From: Candidatus Doudnabacteria bacterium
Lineage (GTDB): Bacteria; Patescibacteriota; Doudnabacteria; UBA920
Direction: 5' to 3'
Assembly: GCA_963768175.1 (NCBI GenBank)
Contig: CAVYGQ010000001.1
Span: 574,305 to 638,304, forward strand
Length of the DNA: 64,000 bases
In this document: positions 31,689 through 42,167 of the stretch, in pieces
Position numbering within the stretch: position 1 is the first letter of the stretch
How the letters are laid out: every line of letters begins with the position of its first letter
The notes under the pieces: model-generated
Seen by the model: only the letters and a program-made list of their open reading frames with translations
Database searches by the model: none
What the model was told of the DNA's origin: nothing
Translations under genes and position numbers: made by a program

Positions 31689-32268
31689 ATAAGACAAATT
31701 GATATGCGCCAAAAAGCGCAACCGTATATCCTAAATCCCCAAACAAGGTGCCGCGGAAAAACGGCAGGCCGTTAACGTACGCCGCCATAATCCCGATTAA
31801 ATTATGGCTATATGAGCCGTAAAAAAAGGCAAAGTTGGTAACCAAAAAGAATATGGCCGATGAAAGCAAGGACGAGCCGATGATTTTTGCCCACTTCACA
31901 ACGGCGTCATCCTGAGCCCATCCAAAGAAAATTCCCAGCGGGCGAAGGAACTCTTTCTTAGATTGAGATTCTTCAGCCTCAGATGCATTCGGCTTCAGAA
32001 TGACGCCATTGGTAGCAGACTTTTTAATCCACAGCCCAAACAACACACCAACCAAATGCGAAGCGTAAACCGCAACCATTAGCGGCCAGGCAAAAAACCC
32101 CAAAAATATATCGCTAATAAATCTCACGGCTAAAGTCAGGCCGACTGATTTTTTCCAGCCCAAATTCGCCGCGCTAAAAATCGCCAAAGCCGTTATGGGG
32201 GCGGCGTTGGGCATATGGGGGATAAATCTGGCGGCTATTGCCGCTATAATCAAAAAGTAGATAATCAT
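31645..32268 (-). CDS. Putative ECF S-component-like vitamin (B12) transporter (DUF6580-like)
   Basis: RFIPH.PN..PITALA.F; FFLVTNF...Y..GLPFF; lies next to B12 genes. Confidence 0.75.
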   Translation of the reverse strand: MIIYFLIIAAIAARFIPHMPNAAPITALAIFSAANLGWKKSVGLTLAVRFISDIFLGFFAWPLMVAVYASHLVGVLFGLWIKKSATNGVILKPNASEAEESQSKKEFLRPLGIFFGWAQDDAVVKWAKIIGSSLLSSAIFFLVTNFAFFYGSYSHNLIGIMAAYVNGLPFFRGTLFGDLGYTVALFGAYQFVLYAKSNKQRALAATT

Positions 32269-32270
32269 CT

Positions 32271-32726
32271 TTATTCTCCTGAAGCGCTAATTAAATTTAA
32301 TTTCCATTCAATTTTATCGCCAGCTTTTAAAATATATGACGACGCGCCCACATTGCTGGATTTGCCGCTTACGAAAAATTCCCAGTAATGTTTGCTGTCA
32401 GGTTTTACACCGTCAATTGATAAAACCATTTCGCCGATGCCGGAATAACTTTTGGTTTCAACTTTATGGTCATTTTTCAAAAGCTGGATGGCCGTTTCGC
32501 CTGTAACAATAACATCGCTGGGCTTGTTTAAATTAGAACCGTCTACTGTTTGGGTTACGGTCAAGCTTTGGGTTTGCGGAGTGGCTGGCGGATTGATAAT
32601 CGTCGACTGGGTAGTTTGCTGCAAAGCGGCCGGCTGATTATTTACTTGCGGCTGGGTCTGGTTGCATGCCGCTGCTAACAAAAAAAACGCCGCTGGCAAT
32701 AAAATAGTTTTTACTGATTTTTTCAT
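32271..32726 (-). CDS. DUF4430 lipoprotein (transcobalamin C-terminal-like)
   Basis: Lipobox LAAAC; SIDG...YWEFFV.GK...VGA..Y.LK.GDKIEW. Confidence 0.85.
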   Translation of the reverse strand: MKKSVKTILLPAAFFLLAAACNQTQPQVNNQPAALQQTTQSTIINPPATPQTQSLTVTQTVDGSNLNKPSDVIVTGETAIQLLKNDHKVETKSYSGIGEMVLSIDGVKPDSKHYWEFFVSGKSSNVGASSYILKAGDKIEWKLNLISASGE

Positions 32727-32871
32727 ACCTTCTGATTTTACCGAGTTAATTGTTAATCGTCAATCGTTTGTTTCTGTCATTGCGAGCGGAGCGAAGCAAT
32801 CTTTACTTTACTTTACTTTGTTTGATAGATTGCTTCGTCGTCCCGATAAGTCAGGTCTCCTCGCAATGACA

Positions 32872-33504
32872 TCAATAGTCTATCCCCTTTTGGGCAAGTA
32901 TGCCCTTATAATACGGATGCTGAATCATTTTCATTTCGGTTACCAAATCGCAGAGTTTTAAGATTTTCGGGAACTTGTTGTGGCCGGTCAAAACCAGATG
33001 CATTAATTTCGGCTTGATGTTTATTAAATCTATAATATCCCGCTCTTCTATTAGTCCGACTTCCAAGGCGAAAATAATTTCATCAAGGATAACTAGATCA
33101 TAATCGCCCGAAGCAATAATCTCCCGCGCCCGTTCTATTCCTTTTAGCGCCTGGCGGATATGGCTGTCTTTTTCTTTTTTGTCGCCCAAAATGCCCACAA
33201 AGCCAAGGCCGACTTGTTCGTTTTCTATATTACCGATAGACGACGGATAGCTGATGCTATCAAAAAAATTTATTTCCGAAGATACCGGCCATTCGCCTTC
33301 TTTAACCCTGTCATCCGACCGATTGGCAGCTTTAACGAATTGCAAAATAAAAACATTTTTTCCGTCCCCCGCCGCCCGCACCGCCATACCCATTGCCGCC
33401 GTAGTCTTGCCTTTGCCCGCGCCTATGTAGCAAATCACCAGCCCCTTAGGCTCGTCGGAGAATGAAGTGGGTATTTTTAATTTTTGCTTTTTACCTTTAC
33501 CCAT
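32872..33504 (-). CDS. cobO: Cob(I)alamin adenosyltransferase
   Basis: G.GKGKTTAAMG.A.RA.G, QFVK, YDLVILDE, DLVTEM...HPY..G..AQKGIDY. Confidence 0.93.
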   Translation of the reverse strand: MGKGKKQKLKIPTSFSDEPKGLVICYIGAGKGKTTAAMGMAVRAAGDGKNVFILQFVKAANRSDDRVKEGEWPVSSEINFFDSISYPSSIGNIENEQVGLGFVGILGDKKEKDSHIRQALKGIERAREIIASGDYDLVILDEIIFALEVGLIEERDIIDLINIKPKLMHLVLTGHNKFPKILKLCDLVTEMKMIQHPYYKGILAQKGIDY

Positions 33505-33505
33505 A

Positions 33506-34243
33506 TTACCTTTCCACTACCAATAAAGTAAAAGCTTTATACTCGGCTATCTTTTGCCAAAACTCCTGCCCTAGTTTTTGAACGCCTTCTGGTGTCGGGG
33601 ATAAATCTTTCCAAGTAACCTTGGTAAATCCCGAATCGCTGATAGCCCGCTCATAAACGACCTTGGAAAATTGATTCACTACTGCGGTAATTTGAGTTTT
33701 TTGCGTGGCAGGATCCAAAAATTCTATCTGAATTCCACCATCATCTAAACGGGTTATCCTGCGATTTGGCACTCCCCCTGCTACAAATTCTCCCACAGGA
33801 TTCAAGGTAACGGAAACAAACTTCCCCTGCGGCGCCAGGTTCCTATTGGCAGTTTCAAAAAATACTTTTAAGTGCCCTTCATTTTCCGCGTAAGGCAAAA
33901 CCATATTTGATACTGCGACATCAAATGGCCCAGCGCCAAAATCTTCCGGCTCTGATACCACAAAGTGTAACTTGTCGCCCAGACACGCTTTAAGGCTAGA
34001 TTGCTTGGCGTGTGCTATTAAATTCTCCGATTTATCAAAACCGACCACTTCGGCAGCCCCACTTTTTGCCAACAATTCGGCAAAGATCCCATCACCGCAT
34101 CCAATATCCAAAATGCGCCTACCGTTTACGTCTCCGAGTTCGCGCATCAAACTGGGATATTGCAAATAATTCCTAAGCGAATCCTTAACGATAAAGTTAG
34201 AATATTCCCGACTGGCTATATTAAACTCCCTAATATTACTCAT
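33506..34243 (-). CDS. Class I SAM-dependent methyltransferase
   Basis: ILDIGCGDG motif I; FDVAVS. Confidence 0.9.
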   Translation of the reverse strand: MSNIREFNIASREYSNFIVKDSLRNYLQYPSLMRELGDVNGRRILDIGCGDGIFAELLAKSGAAEVVGFDKSENLIAHAKQSSLKACLGDKLHFVVSEPEDFGAGPFDVAVSNMVLPYAENEGHLKVFFETANRNLAPQGKFVSVTLNPVGEFVAGGVPNRRITRLDDGGIQIEFLDPATQKTQITAVVNQFSKVVYERAISDSGFTKVTWKDLSPTPEGVQKLGQEFWQKIAEYKAFTLLVVER

Positions 34244-34385
34244 ACTTTTCAGGCGGCAGCTGTTGTGCCGCCGCCTTTACGATAAATTTCTATTAATTTC
34301 GCGAGTCAACCGAAGGGTGACGAGCATATTTCCATTAATTTCCAGCAAAATTTGACCCTTCGACAAGCTCAGGGATCAAATTTTG

Positions 34386-37061
34386 CTAACCACACTTAGA
34401 GTACCCGCAAACCTCACACTTCATGCAGCCTTCGGCCAAAAGCATCATGCTCGAGCAGGAAGGGCAGACCGGAGCATTGCCTAGATTGGCGATGGAAACT
34501 TTTTGCGTTTTTTTGTAGGTTAGGTGCCCGTTGGTTTTTATTTTGTCTTCACTGATGGTTTCTACTATCTTTTCATCAGTCTTTATTACAATTTCTTCTT
34601 TAGCCACTGCGGGTAAGTCCGATGGAGTGACTGGTAGATCTAAAGTAAGCTGCTTATCATTCCTTTTAATGTGCTTTTCCAGAATCTTCGCAATCGCGTC
34701 AGGCAAACTAAAGACCACGCCGCCGTCGGAAAAAGAAACATCCGGCCCGCGAATACCTTTTAGCTGAGAAATAATTTCTTCTATAGCCACGTTAGACCTA
34801 AGCGCCAGAGATATCATCCTGGTAATGGCCTCGGTTTGGGCGCTAAAAAAGCCGCCGGCTTTGCCCATGGCCGCGAAAACCTCAAACGGGCCCTGGCCGT
34901 CTTCATTTACGGTTACATACAAATTGCCATAAGCGGTATTCATTTTATAGGTAATCCCCTGCATAGCATCCGGACGTGTTCTGGGGGCCAATTTAATCTG
35001 CACGTTGTCACCGGAAACCGACATAACTTCTTTGGGACTTAAGGCAACTTGCGCTGCCTTACCGGCAGCGGCGGCATCCTGTTTTGCCACAACCTGATCT
35101 GAAGCATCTTTTCCAAGCTTGGTATGGTCGGTTGCCAAAATCTGCTCATCGCGCGAGCCATCGCGATAAATAGTTCCGCCCTTGCAACCCAAATCGTACA
35201 TTAAAGTATAAAGCTGTTTGGTTTGTTCAATAGTGTAATCGGAAGGCGCGTTGCAGGTTTTGGAAATGGCGCTGTCCGTCCAGCGCTGGACCGCGGCCTG
35301 GACCTTTACGTGCTCTTCGGGCATCAGCTCCATGGCGGTGGTAAAATATTCCGGCAAATCCTGTCCGGGATGCTTGTTCAAAAAGTCTGCGGCCAGCTTG
35401 ATTTTTTCCTCGTGCACGCCAAGACGGCTCTTGCGGAAATACGTCCAGGAAAAAAACGGTTCAATGCCGGTTGAGGTACCAACCATTGTCCCCACGGTTC
35501 CCGTCGGCGCCTGGGTCAAAATGGTCACGTTGCGGATGCCGTATTTTAAAACCAAATCGCGGATGTAAGCGGGCATAGCCTGCATGTAGCCGGATTGTAA
35601 AAATTTTTCGGCGTCAAACTTTTCAAAGGCGCCTTTTTCGCGCGCCAGCTCCACGGAAGTTTCGTAAGCCGTAACGGCAATAAACTGGTAAAGTTTGTCT
35701 ATAAATTCCACGGCCTCGGCACTGCCATATTTTATGCCTTTGTGGATCATCATCTCGGCCAAGCCAATGGTGCCCATGCCGACCCGGCGCTCGGATATTT
35801 GCTGATTTTTATTCTCATCAAAAAAGTACGGCGTGGCGTCTATAACGTTGTCCTGGAAGCGCACGGCATATTGCACGGTCTGTTTTAATTCATTCCATAA
35901 TACCTCGCCCGTGTCTTTGTCGATATGCTTAGATAAATTCACATGACCCAAATTGCATACGCCCCAGGCCGGCAAAGGCTGTTCGCCGCAGGGGTTGGTA
36001 CAGGGCAAATCGGCGTAATAATGGGAATTGCTATAGTAATTGGCGCGGTCTATGAAATACATTCCCGGTTCGGCGCTTGAGTGGGCCGAAGCGATAATGT
36101 TGTCCCAAATATCTGCGGCGCGCACAGTTTTGTGCTTAATGACTTTTCCGCCCAACTCCTGCCAGCGCTTAATGTTGCCGTCCCAATGCTCCGCGTAAAG
36201 CGGATCGGTGGTGTCGGGGAAAATTAAATCCCAAGGCTTGTCGTTTTTAACCGCATCCATAAAATCATCGGTAATAGCGACGGAAATATTGGCGTTGGTG
36301 ATTTTCCCGGCTTCTTTTTTGGAATTGATAAAATCTATCACATCCGGGTGCCAGCAATTTAAAATAAGCATCAGCGCTCCCCGGCGGCTGCCGCCCTGCT
36401 CAATCAAGCCGGTCACAAAACTATAAAGGGATGCCCAGGATACGGAACCGCTGCTCCTACCGTTGACGCCTCTGACATAAGCATAGCGGGGACGCAAAGA
36501 AGAAACATTAATACCCACTCCGCCGCCGCGCGACATAATTTCCGCCATTTGCCCCAGCGTTTCAAAAATCCCCTGGCGGCTGTCTTTGGGCGAAGGAATA
36601 ACGTAGCAGTTATAAAAAGTCAGGTTCTGCCCGGTCCCCGCGCCGGTAAAAATTCTTCCGGCCGGGACATACTTCCAATCATCCATAAGTCGGCGAAATT
36701 TTTCTTCCCATTCAATTTTTTTCTCCGCTGTTTTTTCCACACTGGAAATATGTTTGGCAATCCTATCAAACATTTGTTCCGGCATAAGCTCCAGCGGCTT
36801 GTCCACATGCTCAATAGTCCGGTATTCAATTTGGCCATCGCGCATGCGCACGCTGACCTCGCGGGTTTCCGGGCTCAGACTTTCAATAACTCCGATTTCC
36901 CGCTGGCCGGTTTTGGGGTTAACCAGAACTACCACCGTGTCGCCCACAGCCAAAGTTTCGCGCTTAATATCCTTAACCGCATAACGGTCCAAAAATATTT
37001 TTTCGCCCAATTCTGACAAAGCATTTTTTTCCCTCTCCTGGAGATTGACCTTGGATTGCAT
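34386..37061 (-). CDS. nrdJ: Adenosylcobalamin-dependent (class II) ribonucleotide reductase
   Basis: NCYV, QGGSRRGA, TNPCGEQ, APTGT, AISKT, TSCPD-like domain, C-terminal Cys cluster. Confidence 0.95.
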   Translation of the reverse strand: MQSKVNLQEREKNALSELGEKIFLDRYAVKDIKRETLAVGDTVVVLVNPKTGQREIGVIESLSPETREVSVRMRDGQIEYRTIEHVDKPLELMPEQMFDRIAKHISSVEKTAEKKIEWEEKFRRLMDDWKYVPAGRIFTGAGTGQNLTFYNCYVIPSPKDSRQGIFETLGQMAEIMSRGGGVGINVSSLRPRYAYVRGVNGRSSGSVSWASLYSFVTGLIEQGGSRRGALMLILNCWHPDVIDFINSKKEAGKITNANISVAITDDFMDAVKNDKPWDLIFPDTTDPLYAEHWDGNIKRWQELGGKVIKHKTVRAADIWDNIIASAHSSAEPGMYFIDRANYYSNSHYYADLPCTNPCGEQPLPAWGVCNLGHVNLSKHIDKDTGEVLWNELKQTVQYAVRFQDNVIDATPYFFDENKNQQISERRVGMGTIGLAEMMIHKGIKYGSAEAVEFIDKLYQFIAVTAYETSVELAREKGAFEKFDAEKFLQSGYMQAMPAYIRDLVLKYGIRNVTILTQAPTGTVGTMVGTSTGIEPFFSWTYFRKSRLGVHEEKIKLAADFLNKHPGQDLPEYFTTAMELMPEEHVKVQAAVQRWTDSAISKTCNAPSDYTIEQTKQLYTLMYDLGCKGGTIYRDGSRDEQILATDHTKLGKDASDQVVAKQDAAAAGKAAQVALSPKEVMSVSGDNVQIKLAPRTRPDAMQGITYKMNTAYGNLYVTVNEDGQGPFEVFAAMGKAGGFFSAQTEAITRMISLALRSNVAIEEIISQLKGIRGPDVSFSDGGVVFSLPDAIAKILEKHIKRNDKQLTLDLPVTPSDLPAVAKEEIVIKTDEKIVETISEDKIKTNGHLTYKKTQKVSIANLGNAPVCPSCSSMMLLAEGCMKCEVCGYSKCG

Positions 37062-37234
37062 AATTTTAGCTGTTATTAGTTATTTGATTTTAATATTGTT
37101 CAAAATTCTAAATTCTAAAACCTAAAATCTAAACAAATAATAAATTCTAAAATACAAAATATAAACCAGACACTAATCTATTTAAAATTTATTTTTTATA
37201 ATTTAGGATTTGTTTAGTTTTTAGAATTTAGGCT

Positions 37235-37687
37235 TTAGAGTTTCTTAAGCTCTTCCTTAAATTCATCCACATCTTCAAACTGCCTGTAGACTGCGGCAAA
37301 ACGGATATAGGCAACCTTATTGACTTTTTTAATTTTCTTCATGACTATTTCACCAATTTCCAAGCTGCTTATTTCCCCGTCTTTGGCCTTTTTCTGGATT
37401 TCTATTTCTATGGATGACAGTAACTTATGCAAAGTTTCGTCGGTATGAGGGAGCTTCTCAAACGGCCTTCTTATAGCGGTCTCTAGCTTTTCTTTGGAAA
37501 ACATTTGCTTGCTGCCGTCTTTCTTAATAACCGTTAAATCCAAAATCTCTATTTCTTCGTAAGTGGAAAACCTAAAATTGCATTTCTCGCACTCCCGCCG
37601 TCTGCGGATAGCGTTGGCGTCGTCGTCGTCCACCGGACGGCTGTCCAAAACTTTTGTGTCTTCAAATTGGCAATTGGGACAACGCAT
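37235..37687 (-). CDS. nrdR: Transcriptional repressor NrdR
   Basis: MRCPNC..TKVLDSR..IRRRRECEKC.FRFSTYE; VAYIRFA.VY. Confidence 0.98.
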   Translation of the reverse strand: MRCPNCQFEDTKVLDSRPVDDDDANAIRRRRECEKCNFRFSTYEEIEILDLTVIKKDGSKQMFSKEKLETAIRRPFEKLPHTDETLHKLLSSIEIEIQKKAKDGEISSLEIGEIVMKKIKKVNKVAYIRFAAVYRQFEDVDEFKEELKKL

Positions 37688-37875
37688 ACTTTTTAATCTT
37701 AACGATAAACTTAAATTAAAAATGGAAATCTACTAATTTATTGGAATTTAGCGAAGCTTTAACAACTCCTGCAAAGCAGGTATCTTTGGAAACTATGCAA
37801 AAGCCTTTATTTTGTACGTTTTTTGATTTTTGGCTTTTTTGTGTTTTTATTTGTATTTCCCCGATTAGGCGTTTT

Positions 37876-37924
37876 CCACTATATATAGTGGCTACCTTTA
37901 TTATTATAATACCATATATAGTTT
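37876..37924. promoter_or_regulatory. Tandem NrdR boxes
   Basis: CCACTATATATAGTGG (37876-37891) and weaker ATACCATATATAGTTT (37909-37924) upstream of nrdR-nrdJ. Confidence 0.8.
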
Positions 37925-38086
37925 TTTTCAATACCCCAAAAAGCCTAACATTTTTAAAAAGTCAGGCGCAGGCCGGGGAGATATCCACAAATTTTTTCAA
38001 AATTTTCTCTATCATCTAAAAAAAGCTTCCGGGGGCACATCCGGAAGCTTTTTAAAATGAAATTGTATTTTCCTAATTCCCGTTTC

Positions 38087-38522
38087 CTAATTATTTGATC
38101 CCATTAGCAATGAGAAAAGCCCTAAACCCCCTCCCGATGCGGCCGGGTAATATTTGCTGATTATCACTTCCGTAGAAGCTCCTGCTACTTGCGGCCGAGC
38201 TGTATAGACGTTTTGCGTTCCCAAGCCCAGATAGTTTGATATCTGCGAGCCAGCTCCCTGGCCAATGAAGGCCAAGTTATCCGCAGCTAAAGCATATCCC
38301 GGGGCTTCCGGCCGAATTAGCTGGGCGTAAACAAACTTGCTATAGCTATTTGAGACTTTATCTAAAACAGCCATAACCTTTGCCGGCCCTAAGGTATCCG
38401 GAATAGGGCTGTAGACCTGCGTGAAACTGGCGTTGCTTACGGTTATGGCAAACATAAACGACATTGAAACGAGCGCCACCCCAAGCAGGCTTAAAACTTT
38501 TGCCGGTGTTTCTTCAGTCATA
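38087..38522 (-). CDS. Hypothetical membrane/secreted protein
   Basis: N-terminal TM; PQVAGAST motif. Confidence 0.7.
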
Positions 38523-38888
38523 ATGATTAATTTTGAAATTCCATTCTCTAGTTTACCCAGCACCACTTTTTAACGCACTGTTTTTTACTAAAACAACAAT
38601 ATGCCGTTTCTTTTTTATTATATAAGTAGGCATTTTGTGTCAAAAAGTGGTGCTGGGTTAATCCGCTCCCCAATTGAAAGAGCCGATGTTAATGGAATTC
38701 CCTGTTATTTTCTGCCAGAGGCGGATCCGCTTTCGGCGGAAATTGTTTTTTGTTTTAGTTCTAACTTTTGTTTCTTTTGAGTCAAGTATTTCCGCCTCTG
38801 TTTCAGAGGCGATCGACCATGAAACACCTTACTGATATATTATAGCACAAAATAAAAAATTCCGCAAGGGGCGGAATTTTTTTACAAG

Positions 38889-40085
38889 CTACTTCATTTT
38901 CTTTCTAATAAACGCAGGGATGTCCAGCTCGTCTTCATTATTTTCCGAAGGCTGGGGCTGGGGATTGACGATTTCTATAGGCGGGACGGGTTTGGGATTA
39001 AACATCGGCTTGCGGAATTCCGGCGGAGACATTACCGGGGGGGTAGCGGCTTTTGGCTCCTGGATTTTCGGCTTCCTGGATTCATCGTTTAAAACCATAG
39101 CCGCTGGCGTAACCCTTTTGCTACTTTCGTCAAAGCCCGTGGCAATAACCGTAATGCGCACTTCGTCGCTCATGGATTCGTCTATAACCGCGCCGAATTT
39201 GACTTTGGCGTCAGGATCTATATTCTTGGTAATAACCTTGGCGGCTTCGTCTATTTCAAACATGCCCAAGGAACTGCCACCCGTAATGTTAAACAATACA
39301 CCTTTGGCACCGTCTATGGTCATCTCCAGCAAAGGAGAACTAATGGCCGCTCTGGCCGCTTCCTGGGCGCGGTTTTCGCCCGAGGCACGCCCAATACCCA
39401 TTAAGGCGGTACCAGCATCCATCATAATGCTTTTGACGTCGGCAAAGTCGGCATTAACAATGCCATGAGTGGTAATTAAATCGGAAATCCCGGCAATCCC
39501 TTGGCGAAGAACCTCGTCCACGGTTTTGAAAGCATCCACCAAAGAAGTTTTTTTATCTATAATCTGTAAAATCCGATCATTGTGAATGGAAATTATGGCA
39601 TCTACCTTATCTTTTAAGTTATCATAGCCGGTCTCGGCAATTTCTTTTCTCTTGCTGCCTTCAAAAGTAAAAGGCTTGGTAACCACCGCTACGGTTAGAA
39701 CAGATTTGTTCTTGGCCAGCTCCGCCACAATTGGCGCGGCTCCCGTGCCGGTGCCGCCGCCTAGACCGCAGGTAATAAAAATCATATCCGCGTTGTCTAT
39801 AACCTCTTCCAGATCTTCCACGCTCTCTTCGGCCGCCTGCCTGCCCAAATCCGGGTTCATACCGCTACCTAAGCCTTTGGTTGTGCCTTTGCCAATATGG
39901 ACTTTGCGGTCGGCCTGGTTGTTGTGCAAAGCCTGGGCATCGGTATTTATTGAAATGAATTCCACACCCTTTATGCCCAGCTGGGTCATGCGGTTAACGG
40001 CGTTAGTGCCCGAGCCGCCGATGCCCAAAACCTTAATCCTGGCGAAAGTCTCAATTTTGGGTTTGACTTCCATAAATTTTTTCAT
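38889..40085 (-). CDS. ftsZ: Cell division protein FtsZ
   Basis: [37 protein letters not shown]. Confidence 0.99.
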   Translation of the reverse strand: MKKFMEVKPKIETFARIKVLGIGGSGTNAVNRMTQLGIKGVEFISINTDAQALHNNQADRKVHIGKGTTKGLGSGMNPDLGRQAAEESVEDLEEVIDNADMIFITCGLGGGTGTGAAPIVAELAKNKSVLTVAVVTKPFTFEGSKRKEIAETGYDNLKDKVDAIISIHNDRILQIIDKKTSLVDAFKTVDEVLRQGIAGISDLITTHGIVNADFADVKSIMMDAGTALMGIGRASGENRAQEAARAAISSPLLEMTIDGAKGVLFNITGGSSLGMFEIDEAAKVITKNIDPDAKVKFGAVIDESMSDEVRITVIATGFDESSKRVTPAAMVLNDESRKPKIQEPKAATPPVMSPPEFRKPMFNPKPVPPIEIVNPQPQPSENNEDELDIPAFIRKKMK

Positions 40086-40471
40086 AGTCTCTGACTTCAG
40101 AATAATAGATAAAAAAAATAAAATCAAGCGCCGGACAACTTATACTGCCTTTTGCGATTGATTTTTGTTTTAACCGCTGTTTTGGCGGTGGTTTTTGCTT
40201 CAAAATGATTATAGCATAACCACGTTATAAGACAAATAATCTATAAATAAAAAAGACCTTTTTAGGTCAAAATTCGGTTGATGGGGCGAAGAAAAAAACA
40301 AATTTAAAAACCCCGTTCCGTTGAACCGGGTTTTTAAATTGACGGGGAGAGCAGACATGGGCAGTCTGACTCTCCTCGTTGGAGCCCTGCAGCGGGTCGT
40401 TCTATTGGTTGTGTTCTCGGGAAAGATAGGCATTTGGTTCCTCCTAGACCAAATCATCTAGAGCCTAAGAA

Positions 40472-41674
40472 CTACTTGCGAAGACGGATGAATCGGAAAG
40501 ATCGGTTGAAGTGGCTAAAGCCAGCTCCGTGGTAGCCGACAAACCATCCCCCATAATACCAACCAAGGACATACACTTCACGTCCGCTGTCCTCGCTCAA
40601 CGCAATGGTGCGTGGCAGGAGGATAACAACTCCGCCCTTATCAATGTCTGTTCTAAGGTCTGGCGGTATAATGTTCTTACCCTCTTTTTCGGCATCAAGC
40701 ACTAATTTACCGAGGCCAAGACTCCCGATGGCTCCTACCTCTTTTGCTCGTTTAAACATTGTATCGCTGTCAATCGAGTTTTCATCTCCCCGCACCGGGC
40801 AGTATGAAAAGTCAAGATTGGCGAGATTAACACTACTTTCTAGGTCATCAGTTAAGATCTGATGCCCCTTTGCTAGGAGACCGGTGTCTTGGGCACGAAG
40901 CGGTCTGACGATGTTGCCGCCTTGTCTTTCTGTGCTGTTGACTTGTTTCCCTTGTTCCCGAGCTCTCGCCTGTTCGGCAGCCAGTCGTTCCGCCAGTTCT
41001 CTGGCCTTTTGCTCCGCTTCACTATTTCTCTGCTCCAGTTCGGCCTTCTGGCGTTCCAGGTCCTTGGTTCTTTGCTCCAGCTCCGACCTTTGCCGTTGCT
41101 GTTCCAGTTCTTTCTCTCTGGCTTTTTGTTCCTCTTGTTCCCTGATTCTTTGTTGCTCCTCATCTTTGAGCTTCTGTTGCTCCAGCTCTTTCGCCTTTTG
41201 TTCATCCATTTGTTGGATGACCTCCGGCGTGAGTGGAAGAAGCTGGGTGCCGTAGCGAGGGTGAAACTTGTAACCCAAGGGCAGCAGTTCAATCCTGTCG
41301 TCCTGGGCTTTGTAGTAGCGGTACATCGCTTGGCCGGTCATGGGGTTGAAGTAGTGGCCTTGTTTGGGCTGAGCGAGGAAGTACATAATCACCAGCCAGC
41401 TGGAAACGGCCGAGGCGATGATTATTACCTTCTTGGTGGTCCGCCTAAAAAACAGCGCGGACAGGAAGGTGGGGATGAGCAGCATGGTGACCACGGTCAG
41501 CCAGAGGCTGATTGCCCCGTTTAAGGTGTCGGGCAGACCAGCCATGTTTTGGAGGTTTCCGAAGAACCAGGAGTAGATACCCCAGGCCATCAGCAGGTCC
41601 AGCAGCCGGAAAGTCAGGAAAGCACCGGCTGCCAAGGTACCGTAAAACAACCCGCGCTTGACTATGCGGTTCAT
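40472..41674 (-). CDS. Membrane-anchored coiled-coil protein with unique C-terminal domain (paralog of 46880-48283)
   Basis: Three TMs, MYRYYKA..RIEL.PL motif, E/Q/K-rich coil. Confidence 0.8.
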   Translation of the reverse strand: MNRIVKRGLFYGTLAAGAFLTFRLLDLLMAWGIYSWFFGNLQNMAGLPDTLNGAISLWLTVVTMLLIPTFLSALFFRRTTKKVIIIASAVSSWLVIMYFLAQPKQGHYFNPMTGQAMYRYYKAQDDRIELLPLGYKFHPRYGTQLLPLTPEVIQQMDEQKAKELEQQKLKDEEQQRIREQEEQKAREKELEQQRQRSELEQRTKDLERQKAELEQRNSEAEQKARELAERLAAEQARAREQGKQVNSTERQGGNIVRPLRAQDTGLLAKGHQILTDDLESSVNLANLDFSYCPVRGDENSIDSDTMFKRAKEVGAIGSLGLGKLVLDAEKEGKNIIPPDLRTDIDKGGVVILLPRTIALSEDSGREVYVLGWYYGGWFVGYHGAGFSHFNRSFRFIRLRK

Positions 41675-41808
41675 TGAGCGTTCCTCTTTCTGTTTGTGGA
41701 ATGTGCTACATCAAGCTTTCGCTTGACTTAATATCATATTCCAACAAAAAAGAGCTGCCAATGACCTCAAAACAAAAAAACGCTTTTTTTATACCTATTT
41801 ATTAAATT

Positions 41809-42150
41809 TCAAACCTTATTATTTTTTCGGCTCATAACTGTCTTTAAAAACTCATGCTCCTTTAAAAATGCGTCTTCCAATGCTTCCGCAAAACCGGGAA
41901 TCTCCGCCGTAATCCGGGTAATCTTCTCTTCCGCAGTTTTTGGATCTTTTAATGCTTCCTGAATTTGTAATTTTTGTTCCGGCGTTGCCATCATTATCAT
42001 GGTATCCAAAACCACATTTTGGTAACGTTCCGAAAGCATGACAAGAGCTTTTTGTTTTTCTTGTTCCGGCAAGTTGTCCAAATTCAAATCCGCCAAAAGC
42101 TCTTTGACTTCGCCTTGCGCATCGGGTTTCCTATTTTTTTGCGTGTCCAT
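41809..42150 (-). CDS. Hypothetical helical protein (DUF5663-like)
   Basis: L..L.L..LPEQEK...EIPGF pattern. Confidence 0.65.
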   Translation of the reverse strand: MDTQKNRKPDAQGEVKELLADLNLDNLPEQEKQKALVMLSERYQNVVLDTMIMMATPEQKLQIQEALKDPKTAEEKITRITAEIPGFAEALEDAFLKEHEFLKTVMSRKNNKV

Positions 42151-42167
42151 AAGTTAAGTTAGTTATT

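Noticed and set aside
40330-41674. Diversity-generating retroelement
   Set aside because: No reverse transcriptase and no template/variable repeat pair differing at adenines was seen.
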